From: Candidatus Latescibacterota bacterium
Lineage (GTDB): Bacteria; Latescibacterota; UBA2968; GCA-2709665
Reading direction: 5' to 3'
Length of the DNA: 64,000 nucleotides
Assembly (NCBI GenBank): GCA_965208835.1
Contig: OZ242358.1
Span: 4,192,001-4,256,000, forward strand
Position numbers and translations under genes: made by a program. Under the pieces are notes generated by a model that did no database searches, was not told the origin of the DNA, and worked only from the letters and a program-made list of their open reading frames with translations. Within the stretch, counting starts at the first letter, position 1. Each line of letters opens with the position of its first letter. Shown here in pieces: positions 20,595 to 29,494 of the stretch.

Positions 20595-20649
20595 ATCTCA
20601 ATTCTCCTATCGACAATGATTAAATCGCCCCGCCCCACACGTCCACCCC

Positions 20650-21021
20650 CCTCGATGTGGGGAGAGGGTAGAGGTGAGAGAATCGGGTAGACGGAAGACG
20701 TAAGACGGTAGATGAAATCCTTGCCAGATGAGAAATTCCTCCTTGCCTTTGGCACGTGAAGAATCGTCACGAGGCAGGCAATCTCTCCCCTCTAACGTCT
20801 TCCTTCTCACCAGGTGGTGGGGCGGGGTGTGGTCCTCTTCCGTCTTCCCGATTTTACAGTAGTTGAATTCCCCTGATGTGGGTAGAGGTGAGAGGGTAGA
20901 CGGGAGAAGAAATCCTCGCCTCGTATGTTTTCCCTCCTTGCCTCCGGCACGTGAAGAATCGTCACGAGGCAGGCAATCTCTCCCGGCTAACGTCTCCCCT
21001 CTCACCGCCTTTACAGTAGTT
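20650..21021 (-). repeat. two tandem heptamer-armed repeats (copies G, H)
   Basis: same arms and core as D-F; the terminal TTACAGTAGTT overlaps the stop of the 21011-21946 gene. Confidence 0.85.
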
Positions 21022-21946
21022 GATACGGACCCGGCTGATCCGGCATCGACGTCGGTTTTCCGATCGCCTCCGCCATCGCCCGGATGTGATACGGCAGGGC
21101 ACCGCAACATGCGCCGATGAGACCGACGCCCATATCCCAGGCATCCCTCGCGTAGTCGGCCATCTCACGCCGGGGCTGGTGGCGGAGCTCGAAATGCACG
21201 CTGGATCCCGAGGCGATCTCCCGGGTATACTCCGCGCCGTTCTCCAGCACGTACGCCAGGGGTTGGGCGCAGACGGGTACGGACACGGCGTCCATCATCT
21301 TCCGCATGATATCCCGGTACAGGTGCCACGGCCGCCCGCAATTCACGCCCACGACGTCGGCGCCCGCGTCCACGAGCCGTTTCGCGACTTCATCCGGAAG
21401 ATGCCGGTCGGCGGTATACTCCCCCGACTTATAGGTGAACGCCACCACGGCTGGCACGCCTGCGGCTTTAATGGGGGCTAAGCCCAACAACGCCTCTTCC
21501 ACCGAGTAGAAGGTCTCCACGATGAACAGGTCCACGCCAGCCGCCGTCTGCTGTCCCACCCGCCGCTCGAAGAACGCCTGCGCCTCGCTCTTTTCCTGCG
21601 CGGAAAGGGGTGACCGCCTCCGGTACGATCCGATTCCGGAGGGGCTGAGCGTACCCGCCACGAACCGGTCCGGGCCGGCGGCCTCGCGTGCAAGCTCGAC
21701 CGCGGTGCGGTGCAGCTCTTCATCCCGTTCCATCCTGCCCACGCCCCAGGTCATGGCCTGCAGCACCTCGGCGCCCGCGAGCGCGAATTCCCTGTGCAAT
21801 TGGAGCAGGCCCTCAGGGTGGTCCAATACGGCCCAGGGTACGCCTTTGGCGAAACTCCCCAGGCACCGCCGTTCAAGCTCCAGAAAGTAGCCACCGTCGC
21901 AAAGTACCGGTCCGTCCTTAAGGCGATCCATAAATCCCGATGCCAT
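21011..21946 (-). CDS. homocysteine S-methyltransferase family protein (divergent third paralog)
   Basis: LCDGG, ETFY, GVNC, GACCG; AGGAGG RBS. Confidence 0.9.
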   Translation of the reverse strand: MASGFMDRLKDGPVLCDGGYFLELERRCLGSFAKGVPWAVLDHPEGLLQLHREFALAGAEVLQAMTWGVGRMERDEELHRTAVELAREAAGPDRFVAGTLSPSGIGSYRRRSPLSAQEKSEAQAFFERRVGQQTAAGVDLFIVETFYSVEEALLGLAPIKAAGVPAVVAFTYKSGEYTADRHLPDEVAKRLVDAGADVVGVNCGRPWHLYRDIMRKMMDAVSVPVCAQPLAYVLENGAEYTREIASGSSVHFELRHQPRREMADYARDAWDMGVGLIGACCGALPYHIRAMAEAIGKPTSMPDQPGPYQLL

Positions 21947-21998
21947 GGTAATACCTCCTGCTGGTCTTTAGCCTTAATCGGAATAAAGATAACGGATG

Positions 21999-22152
21999 AA
22001 TTGGCCACAAATAGCCTGAGTGCGGGTAGACGGTAGAGGTAAGACGGGAGAGGAAACCCTTGCCCGATCCTTTTTTCCTCTTTGCCTTAGGCACGATAAG
22101 AATCTCCACGCGGCAGGCAATCTCTCCCCTCTACCGTCTTGCGTCTCCCCGA
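21999..22152 (-). repeat. heptamer-armed repeat, copy I
   Basis: left flank AATTGGCCACAAA.AGCCTGA.TGCGGGTAGACG shared with 4576-4609; same core. Confidence 0.75.
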
Positions 22153-22204
22153 CTTCTATCAGCACGTCTATTTTCATAACTTACTGCGTCAGAAGGCGAA
22201 CTGA

Positions 22205-23407
22205 CTAAACTGGATAATTGCCAGCCTTCCTTTTTTCCGAGGGCCTGAAATCCGGAACCTCCAGACACGCGTTCCCCTGCTCCACGGACTGCACGGCCAC
22301 AATGGCCGGCGCCGTCAGATCCGCCGACCGGTACACGTTCAGCGGCGGGTCCGAATCGTCCAGGATGGCGTCCAGAAACGAGGAAAGCGCGAAGTAGTCC
22401 ATATTTCCGTGCCCGCTGCCCCGGGCCTCCTCGGGAAGGTCTTCCGGAGAATATTTCCATTCCGCCTCACGCATCGATTCCTCTCCGGCGCTCTCCAGCC
22501 AGATCTTCGGCGTGTCCACGCCGCCGGCGCTGCCGTATATCTCCGCGGAGCGGGCGGTCTCCACCTTTCCCCTGGTCCCTTCCAGGTGCCACCAGTGATG
22601 GTCCCTGGGCGTCGCATACGTAAACCCGGCCGCCATCCGGACGATCGTATCCTTTTCCGTTTGCATCAGCGCCAACTGGATATCCGACGCCGGGATGCCT
22701 TCGTAATAATAACTTTCCGGACGCGTCGTCATGCAGGTCACCCGCGTCACCCGGTCCTGCAGCACCGTCAGGATGGGGCCCAGGTCGGTGGCCATGTACA
22801 GAATCGGATGGGGAAACCAGTTCCACATTCTGCTCTTCGCGGCCCTCGGATGATTCGACGCGTCGTCCAGATGGATGCGTTCGCCCGTTGCTGAATCGAC
22901 CCAGAACCGGTCCGGCGTCATCCAGTGAAGATACTGCCCCTGGGCGAAGATGACGTGGCCGAGTTCGCCCTCCACGACCAGTTTCCGCCAGGCTCTTACA
23001 AACGGGTGGTACATCACCTGCTCGGCCATCTGAAACTTCAGCCCGCTGCGCTCCACGGCCACCACCACCCGCCATAAGTCATCCATATCATACGTCAGCG
23101 ACACTTCGCAGGACGCGTGTTTCCCCGCCTCCATCGCCCGGCAGATCAGGTCCGGCTGATCGTGCGGCGCCGTTACGATCGCCACCGCGTCGATGTCCGC
23201 CTTAGCCAGCATCTCGCCATAGTCGGTAAAACACGCGATATCCGGATCGCCGGCTTCGCGGTACGCCTGCCCGACAAGCGCCTCCACCCTGTCGCAGAGC
23301 GCCGTCACACGGCAGGACTTGATCCGCCGCAGGTTCTTCATCCACGACAGCCTGCCCCGCGGCCCCAACCCCACGATCCCGATCTTTACCTGCTTCTGTT
23401 TGGGCAT
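22205..23407 (-). CDS. Gfo/Idh/MocA family oxidoreductase
   Basis: GIVGLGPRG, AGKHASCEV, GHGNMD. Confidence 0.9.
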   Translation of the reverse strand: MPKQKQVKIGIVGLGPRGRLSWMKNLRRIKSCRVTALCDRVEALVGQAYREAGDPDIACFTDYGEMLAKADIDAVAIVTAPHDQPDLICRAMEAGKHASCEVSLTYDMDDLWRVVVAVERSGLKFQMAEQVMYHPFVRAWRKLVVEGELGHVIFAQGQYLHWMTPDRFWVDSATGERIHLDDASNHPRAAKSRMWNWFPHPILYMATDLGPILTVLQDRVTRVTCMTTRPESYYYEGIPASDIQLALMQTEKDTIVRMAAGFTYATPRDHHWWHLEGTRGKVETARSAEIYGSAGGVDTPKIWLESAGEESMREAEWKYSPEDLPEEARGSGHGNMDYFALSSFLDAILDDSDPPLNVYRSADLTAPAIVAVQSVEQGNACLEVPDFRPSEKRKAGNYPV

Positions 23408-23456
23408 AAGATGCTTCTTTCAAAGGTTACAATACTGAAGATGAGGCGTTGCTATT

Positions 23457-23975
23457 GTAGGGGCGACCGGCCGGTCGCCTAAATGCGGTGAGACGTGAGA
23501 GGGTAGACGGTAGAAGAAATCTTCGCCCGATATGATATTCCTCCTTGCCTCCGGCACGAGACGAAGCCCGACAAGGCAGGTTATCTCTCACCTCTCCCGG
23601 CATACGTCTTCCCGCTTCTAAGACCTTTCCCCTAACCCCCTTCCTGAAGGAAGGGAGAACCGGGGCTCCACGGCGTCTTGTCCAAGAGAAAAAACGGAGA
23701 TGACGTTCTCCCCTCAATCAAAGTGTCTACAGATGACCGGCAAGGCGACTTAGTGCTTTGCACCCCCTTTCCTTTAGGAGAGGGGGCCGGGGGGAGAGGT
23801 CGCCTAAATACGGTGAGAAGTGAGAGGGAAGACGCGAGAAGAAATCTTCGCCGGATATAATATTCCTCCTTGCCTCCGGCACGAGAAGAAACCTCACAAG
23901 GCGGGTGATCTCTCCCCTCTCCCGGCTTACGTCTACCCGCTCTTTGCTGACTGCTGAGAGCTGATGGCTGACAGC
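23457..23975. repeat. stack of repeats: GTAG-REP hairpin, heptamer-armed copies J and K, CCCCCTT..GAGGGG-type palindromes, GCTGA(N)2 heptamer array
   Basis: GTAGGGGCGACCGGCCGGTCGCC at 23457; copies at about 23478-23620 and 23802-23942; palindromes 23628-23657 and 23763-23800; GCTGACT GCTGAGA GCTGATG GCTGACA at 23946-23973. Confidence 0.75.
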
Positions 23976-24193
23976 TTCTTTTGCTGCTTCTCGAGACAAC
24001 CGGTCACACCCGGTTCTGGCGTTCAAAGTCGATGTCAGCAGCACAAGATGAAACCGAAACAGAAACGGCAGCCGAATATCAGGCTGCCAGGTAGTCAACG
24101 TGCCTGGAAGAGTCGGTTAAGTTTTCTTATGTGGTTCCTCATTCTGTCACCGCAATACTCTCCCTGACCCCCGCACACGAGCGCCCATGCCCT

Positions 24194-24595
24194 TCAGTTA
24201 CAGTCTACTTCGACGGCCAACGCCTGACGGACAAACTGAAGGATATCACCGGCAAAACGCAGTCCCTGTTCGCTCTGAAGCGCGCCGTAGTGTTCATAGG
24301 CAGCCCCGTCAGCATGCGACCTGGGACTGCGTGTCGGCAGATAGTAACTGTCGAGCACCCGACCTTTTTCGACCAGGAGCTCCGGTGGTGCATCCGAAAG
24401 CTCCATGAGAAGGCGCGCAACAATGTGGCCCTTTTTCCTCTGTCCACCAGCAACATGGATTGCCTTGACGGCCTTTTCCGCCGCCTGGTGCGAGGCGAAG
24501 CAGGCCCAGGCGTGACGCCCACCGTTCTTTGAGGCAACAGCCTGCTCCAGATCGTGCTCCGCCTGGTCAAGCCAATCTCTCCATCGTTGCGTCAT
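24194..24595 (-). CDS. HEPN domain protein (no adjacent nucleotidyltransferase)
   Basis: W..QAEHDL..A, WACFASHQAAEKAVKA, GH, YYLPTR. Confidence 0.85.
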   Translation of the reverse strand: MTQRWRDWLDQAEHDLEQAVASKNGGRHAWACFASHQAAEKAVKAIHVAGGQRKKGHIVARLLMELSDAPPELLVEKGRVLDSYYLPTRSPRSHADGAAYEHYGALQSEQGLRFAGDILQFVRQALAVEVDCN

Positions 24596-24826
24596 CCTGT
24601 TACTCCAGCTCTGTTAATTTCCAGACGCCGAGACCGCTAAATCCCCGGTTCATTTCGCTCCGAATTTCGGTACTTTCGTAGGCCACGTCGCTGAAAAGTT
24701 AAAATATCCCTAATTCTGAACTTAAGCAAGGGGAAATGACCGTCAATTGCCGTTTATCGAAGCATGAACTTGCGCTGACTCTACCGGCTCTCTGGCCCGG
24801 CATGGCGTTTTTCGACAGATAAAGCA

Positions 24827-24855
24827 TTGACGGCGGGTAGACCAATACATACCTT
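24827..24855 (+). promoter_or_regulatory. possible sigma70 promoter for the DUF433 gene
   Basis: TTGACG-17 bp-TACCTT. Confidence 0.4.
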
Positions 24856-24948
24856 ATTCTCAAGGTTTAGAATGGACTCCAGGCTCACCGGACTCCGTGC
24901 GCCGCCAGCTTGCGGGCAGAGGCCATAGAAAACGCGAAGAGAGAGGTC

Positions 24949-25173
24949 ATGAAGTCATTCGAGAGGATCACCATCGATCCCGCGGTCATGGGCGGAAAGG
25001 CATGCATTCGCGGCCTGCGCGTCACGGTTGGAACCGTCGTAGGACTGCTGGCGGCCGGACGCACGCATTTCGAAATCCTCAAGGCATATCCCTACCTTGA
25101 AAAAGAGGACATCGACCAATCCCTGGCCTACGCCGCGTCGAAGCTGGAGGGAATTGACGCGAGACAAACCTGA
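24949..25173 (+). CDS. DUF433 domain protein (putative antitoxin)
   Basis: RITIDPAVMGGKACIRGLRVTV...YPYLEKEDI..LAYA; GAGG RBS. Confidence 0.9.
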   Translation: MKSFERITIDPAVMGGKACIRGLRVTVGTVVGLLAAGRTHFEILKAYPYLEKEDIDQSLAYAASKLEGIDARQT

Positions 25174-25262
25174 ATCCATCTTTTTGGAGCGCATCAGAGC
25201 AGTTGAATCTGCAAGGTCTCGAATCAACAAGCAAATGAAAGCGGACGCGAAAAGGCAACAGC

Positions 25263-26906
25263 ATGACCGGCAAACTGCCCATCAACATTGACCACCTGCT
25301 TCGCCAGCGCCCCATCGAAGGCGAACGCGTCGAGTACAGGACTGGCTGGAATCCGCAGAGGGTGCTGCACACGATCTGCGCCTTCGCCAACGACTTCCAC
25401 AATCTGGGCGGCGGATACGTGGTCCTGGGCGTCGAGGAACATAAGGGCCGGCCGATTTTGCCGCCCAAGGGAATCATGCCCGATACCATCGATACGATAC
25501 AGAAGGAACTACTCAATCTGGGGCATTCCGCGATTCAACCACATTACCATCCCCTCGCCGCTACCTATAACGTCGATGGCCAGACCATCCTCGTCCTCTG
25601 GGCGCCTGGCGGCGAAACCCGTCCCTACAAGGCCAAAGTGAATTTAAGTGGGGAGCGCAATGATTGGGCGTACTACATCCGCAGACACAGCAGCACTGTT
25701 CGCGCCAGGGCGCAGGACGAGCGTGAGCTGCTCAGTCTGGCGGCCACAGTGCCTTTCGATGACCGGTATCGCCAGACGGCTTCGCTTGACGACCTGTCCC
25801 ATCGGCTGATCCGTGAGTTTCTCGGAGAAATCGGCAGCGAACTGGCATCGGACGCAGTGGGCATGTCTGTCGAGGACATTGGCAAGCGCCTGAACATCGT
25901 CGGAGGCCCTCCAGAAGCGATGTTCCCCAAGAACGTAGGTCTGCTTTTCTTCAACGACCGCCCGCACGACTTTTTTCCGGCAACCCAGATCGATGTCGTG
26001 TGGTTTCCCGATGGACCGGGCGGCGATCAGTTCGAGGAGAAGGAGTTCCGCGGGCCGTTGTCCATCATTCTCAGCGAGGCGATCGGCTACATTGAGCGGA
26101 ACTACCTGAAGGAAACCGTCGTCAAGTATCCCCACAAGCCGGAGGCCGAGCGATTCTGGAATTTCCCGATTGGCGCTATCGAAGAAGCGCTGGTGAACGC
26201 CATCTACCATCGCTCATACGAGGAGAGGGAGCCGGTTGAAGTTCGGATCACCCACGAAGAGTTGCTGGTCTTGAGTTATCCCGGTGCGGATCGCTCCATC
26301 CGTATGGATGACTTCAAGAAGGGGCAGGCCGTGAGCAGGCGCTACCGCAACCGGCGTATTGGTGAGTTTCTGAAGGAACTCGACCTCGCCGAGGCCCGCT
26401 CAACCGGGGTGCCGAAGATTTTCCGGGCCATGCGGCAGAACGGATCACCGGAACCCATCTTCGAAAGCGACGAGGATCGGACCTGGTTTCGAGTGCGCCT
26501 GCCAGTGAATGAACGGGCTTTACTCGCCGCGACGGAACAAGATACAGGACAAGATACAGGACAAGATACAGGACAAGATAAGTCATTGAAAATTATTGGG
26601 AAAGGTCACGACACCCCACAAGATACCCAACAAGACACCCCACAAGATACAGAACAGGTCACAGACCAAATCCAGCAACTGTTGGTTGTGCTCACGGGAG
26701 AGATGAGCCGCGCCAGTATCCAGGCGGGATTGGAACTCAAAGGCCGACACCATTTCATCGAATCGTACCTGAATCCTGCCCTGGAGGCCGGATTGATTGA
26801 AATGACTCTCCCGGAAAAACCCACGAGCCGCCACCAGCGCTACCGCCGCACTCCTAGAGGCGAGGCGTTCCTGGAACAGATTAAGGGAAAGAACGACGCG
26901 AAATGA
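25263..26906 (+). CDS. AlbA_2 (Schlafen-like) + RecG-like ATP-binding domain + C-terminal winged-helix regulator
   Basis: EGERVEY, ICAFAN...GG....GV, EALVNAIYHRSY, RNRRIGEFL, IEMTLPEKPTS.HQRY. Confidence 0.85.
   Translation: MTGKLPINIDHLLRQRPIEGERVEYRTGWNPQRVLHTICAFANDFHNLGGGYVVLGVEEHKGRPILPPKGIMPDTIDTIQKELLNLGHSAIQPHYHPLAATYNVDGQTILVLWAPGGETRPYKAKVNLSGERNDWAYYIRRHSSTVRARAQDERELLSLAATVPFDDRYRQTASLDDLSHRLIREFLGEIGSELASDAVGMSVEDIGKRLNIVGGPPEAMFPKNVGLLFFNDRPHDFFPATQIDVVWFPDGPGGDQFEEKEFRGPLSIILSEAIGYIERNYLKETVVKYPHKPEAERFWNFPIGAIEEALVNAIYHRSYEEREPVEVRITHEELLVLSYPGADRSIRMDDFKKGQAVSRRYRNRRIGEFLKELDLAEARSTGVPKIFRAMRQNGSPEPIFESDEDRTWFRVRLPVNERALLAATEQDTGQDTGQDTGQDKSLKIIGKGHDTPQDTQQDTPQDTEQVTDQIQQLLVVLTGEMSRASIQAGLELKGRHHFIESYLNPALEAGLIEMTLPEKPTSRHQRYRRTPRGEAFLEQIKGKNDAK
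26537..26660 (+). repeat. in-frame 12-nt tandem repeats encoding a QDTG/QDTP linker
   Basis: ACAAGATACAGG x3 plus partial, then GA(C/T)ACC(C/A)..CAA units. Confidence 0.85.
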
Positions 26907-27101
26907 AGACCTCGTCCATCGCATTCAAAGTAAGGAAGAAGGATGAAAAACGTCGAAGGAAGAAGGAAAAAGGAGGAAGGAAGAATTGCGGTATCTTTGA
27001 ATTGGCAGGCCTTGAGAGTGGCATGTAATTCGAGATCCATATCGAAGCCGTACGCTGGTACGTACGTCGTAACTATCATCCTCCGGGTCTGAGGCGGCAG
27101 G

Positions 27102-27710
27102 TTAATTGGAGTGGGCAAAATGGCCGCGCCTACGCGCGTCCCACTGGATACCATTCTGCCGTCTACTGTTTGACTTGAGGCTGGCCCGAAGTTCTTCATA
27201 AGCCTTGTCGACTGATGTCACTTCATCACGTCGCCATCCGTCCCAGACGTCCTTTAACGCTAATCCAACACCGGCGGCTCCCAAAGCACCGACACCGTAG
27301 CCTATATGCTCTGATGTGTTGCTCTGCAATTTTCTTACCCGGTCAAAGTCCGGAGTCTCGAAAACTGCCCTCCAGTCGTAATACCGGCCGAGTTCGTGTA
27401 ACCACAATCCGCCTTCCATTAACCCAATCCCAGTGAGAAATTGCATAGTGAGGCGAAACTTCTTCACGGGTTTATGTGCCTTAGGGGGCGTATCCCTGTC
27501 ACGATCCAAGATACTCTTGACGGATATAGCTGTGATCATAGCGCCGGCCATACCCAATAAATACGCTTTGTTTTCGCCGTTGTTCGAGTCCACGTACCAG
27601 TCAAGCCGTTCCCATTGGTGGATGTAAATCTTTTCATCCACATCGTGATGAACAAATCCACCCCAGAACATACCGGTTCCAAGTAGAATACCGAAAATTG
27701 AAAGTTTCAT
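27102..27710 (-). CDS. hypothetical AT-richer membrane protein with internally duplicated TM hairpin
   Basis: ATG 27710 after GAGGAG; about four hydrophobic segments in two similar halves (LLGTGMFWGG..HH / LTGIGLMEGG..LH). Confidence 0.65.
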   Translation of the reverse strand: MKLSIFGILLGTGMFWGGFVHHDVDEKIYIHQWERLDWYVDSNNGENKAYLLGMAGAMITAISVKSILDRDRDTPPKAHKPVKKFRLTMQFLTGIGLMEGGLWLHELGRYYDWRAVFETPDFDRVRKLQSNTSEHIGYGVGALGAAGVGLALKDVWDGWRRDEVTSVDKAYEELRASLKSNSRRQNGIQWDARRRGHFAHSN

Positions 27711-27907
27711 ATCCGAACTCCTCTCGACGTGTTCCCGGACTCGGATAATGTACCGGATTTCCAATATCGGAACAAGCCTCAGAGGATTCCATATTTACTC
27801 CAAATCCAAGCGACAGACCACGCGATTATCCTGCCTTTATTTCTTCCTTTTTCCTTCTTCATTTTTCTTTTCTCTCGCGGTTGCCCTCGTCCTGATTGGA
27901 GGAAGTC

Positions 27908-28144
27908 TTGCCCAAACTCAACGCCAAGCGACAGATCACGCTACCGGCTGATCAATGCCGTTTAGCTGGCATCGAGCCGGGCGACGAGTGCCTGAGTTTC
28001 GTGGCCGATGGCCGCATCACCATCGTCCGCCAGCAGCCCGGCAGCGCCTGGGGATGCCTGGCGCATCTTGAAGGAGACCCGTCGGTTTCAGACGAGGAAT
28101 CGCGCCAGGACGCCATTGGAAGAAAGCAAGGCCAATCGCCGTGA
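27908..28144 (+). CDS. AbrB/MazE/SpoVT family antitoxin
   Basis: KLNAKRQITLP....LAGIEPGD; TTG start after GGAGG; stop overlaps GTG of PIN gene. Confidence 0.85.
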   Translation: MPKLNAKRQITLPADQCRLAGIEPGDECLSFVADGRITIVRQQPGSAWGCLAHLEGDPSVSDEESRQDAIGRKQGQSP

Positions 28145-28541
28145 TCGCAATTGATACCAATGTCCCGCTGGGGATCTCTTGAGAGACGACGAAGCACAGG
28201 CTGAACGGGCGCGTCGCATTGTTGAAGGCGGTGAGCGCGTTCTCATTTCGGACGTGGTTCTGGCGGAAACGACGTGGACTCTAGCCGGCCGCCGGTATCG
28301 GGCGACCCGGGCCGACCTGATCGATCTGGTCAACAACCTGCTGCAGGATTCCAACGTGCGCTTCGAGGATGATGAGGTGGTCTGGAGCGCGTTGCAGGCG
28401 TTTCGCAGAACGGAGGCGGACTTCGCAGACGCCCTGACCATGAGCAAGGCCAGAAAAACGGCCGCCGACGGAGACGAGTTCGGCGCGTTTTACACGTTCG
28501 ATGATGCTGCATTGCTACTGCCTGACACCGCGGAGCCGTAG
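28141..28541 (+). pseudogene. vapC: VapC/PIN toxin with a 1-bp frameshift near codon 11
   Basis: GTG frame reads MIAIDTNVPLGIS*; the PIN body (LRDD..Q, VVLAET.W, DFAD, TFD) continues in another frame. Confidence 0.8.
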
Positions 28542-28704
28542 CGGCTTCGGGAAGGAGGAAGTGAGAGTTGCGAGGTTGTGTCCAAGGCTTGTTGTGAACC
28601 ATCCATCTTGGAGAAACGTGGGTGGTTTTTCTTGAATTTTTTTTCCTGTCCCCTATCATCGGTGCGTACGCATCGATTGTAATAGCACACGGGAGGAGAA
28701 ATTT

Positions 28705-29007
28705 ATGGATGTCGATCAAGTTCGCGAGCTCATAGAGGATGCATTTCCATAATTGGTTTCTTCACAACGCAATAATCCAGACGGTTGGGCGTTTTTTTAT
28801 CAGCGTATTGAACATGGTCGTCGCATTGCTCGCGTCTTGGAATATAACAGAGGTGTTGAATTCAAGTTTGCGGTTTCTGCTCGAATTAATGAGCGTGAGG
28901 GATCATCCTTAGAGGGCACTGAAGTCATGATAAATGGACAGGAAGAAAAGCTCTGTGGTTGGATTCGTAAAGAGATAGCACGTTGGATTATTAATTATGG
29001 GGATTGA
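28705..29007 (+). pseudogene. AT-rich ~100-aa hypothetical gene with in-frame TAA at codon 16
   Basis: GGGAGGAG RBS, MDVDQVRELIEDAFP*LVSSQRNN... continuous frame to 29007. Confidence 0.6.
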
Positions 29008-29494
29008 AATGCCCTCTTGCCTCTCGCCTTTTTCCTTCCGCCTTCTTCCTTATTCCTTGTCCCTCTCGCGGTTCCCCTCCCCTTAGCGCGCATCTAGCCG
29101 TTTGACTTCGCCACGAAGTAGCGTTATCCGGTTTTAGCTGACGGCTGCGTGCTACACCTGATGCGTGACAGATGACCCCGATGAACGATCTCATCGGGGT
29201 CTTTTCTGTGTCGCAAAACGCGCCGATAGCGTCGCAAAATGCGTCACTTTTTGTTGTGGCCTGATTGAAGATTTCCATATATTGCGGGTTTTATGGGATA
29301 ACACATGTAGTTCGATGGAATTGTGCGAATCAGCGAAATAGGACGTTCGCATTGACTGACAATTACTGAACTCCGGAACAAAAGGCGCGCGACACGATCG
29401 ACGCGACCCGAAAACCCGTTCGCGGGAGATATTCAACCTCCCTCGAACGGAAACCATACTGGCATGGAACGCAAATGACGACTCGCTACACGTC

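Noticed and set aside
19075-21021. Tandem repeat units as a CRISPR array
   Set aside because: Units are 140-200 bp, degenerate, share a homologous core rather than unique spacers, and no cas genes are present.
19020-22200. SAM or cobalamin riboswitch upstream of the methyltransferases
   Set aside because: No recognisable aptamer consensus; leaders are occupied by the heptamer-armed repeats.
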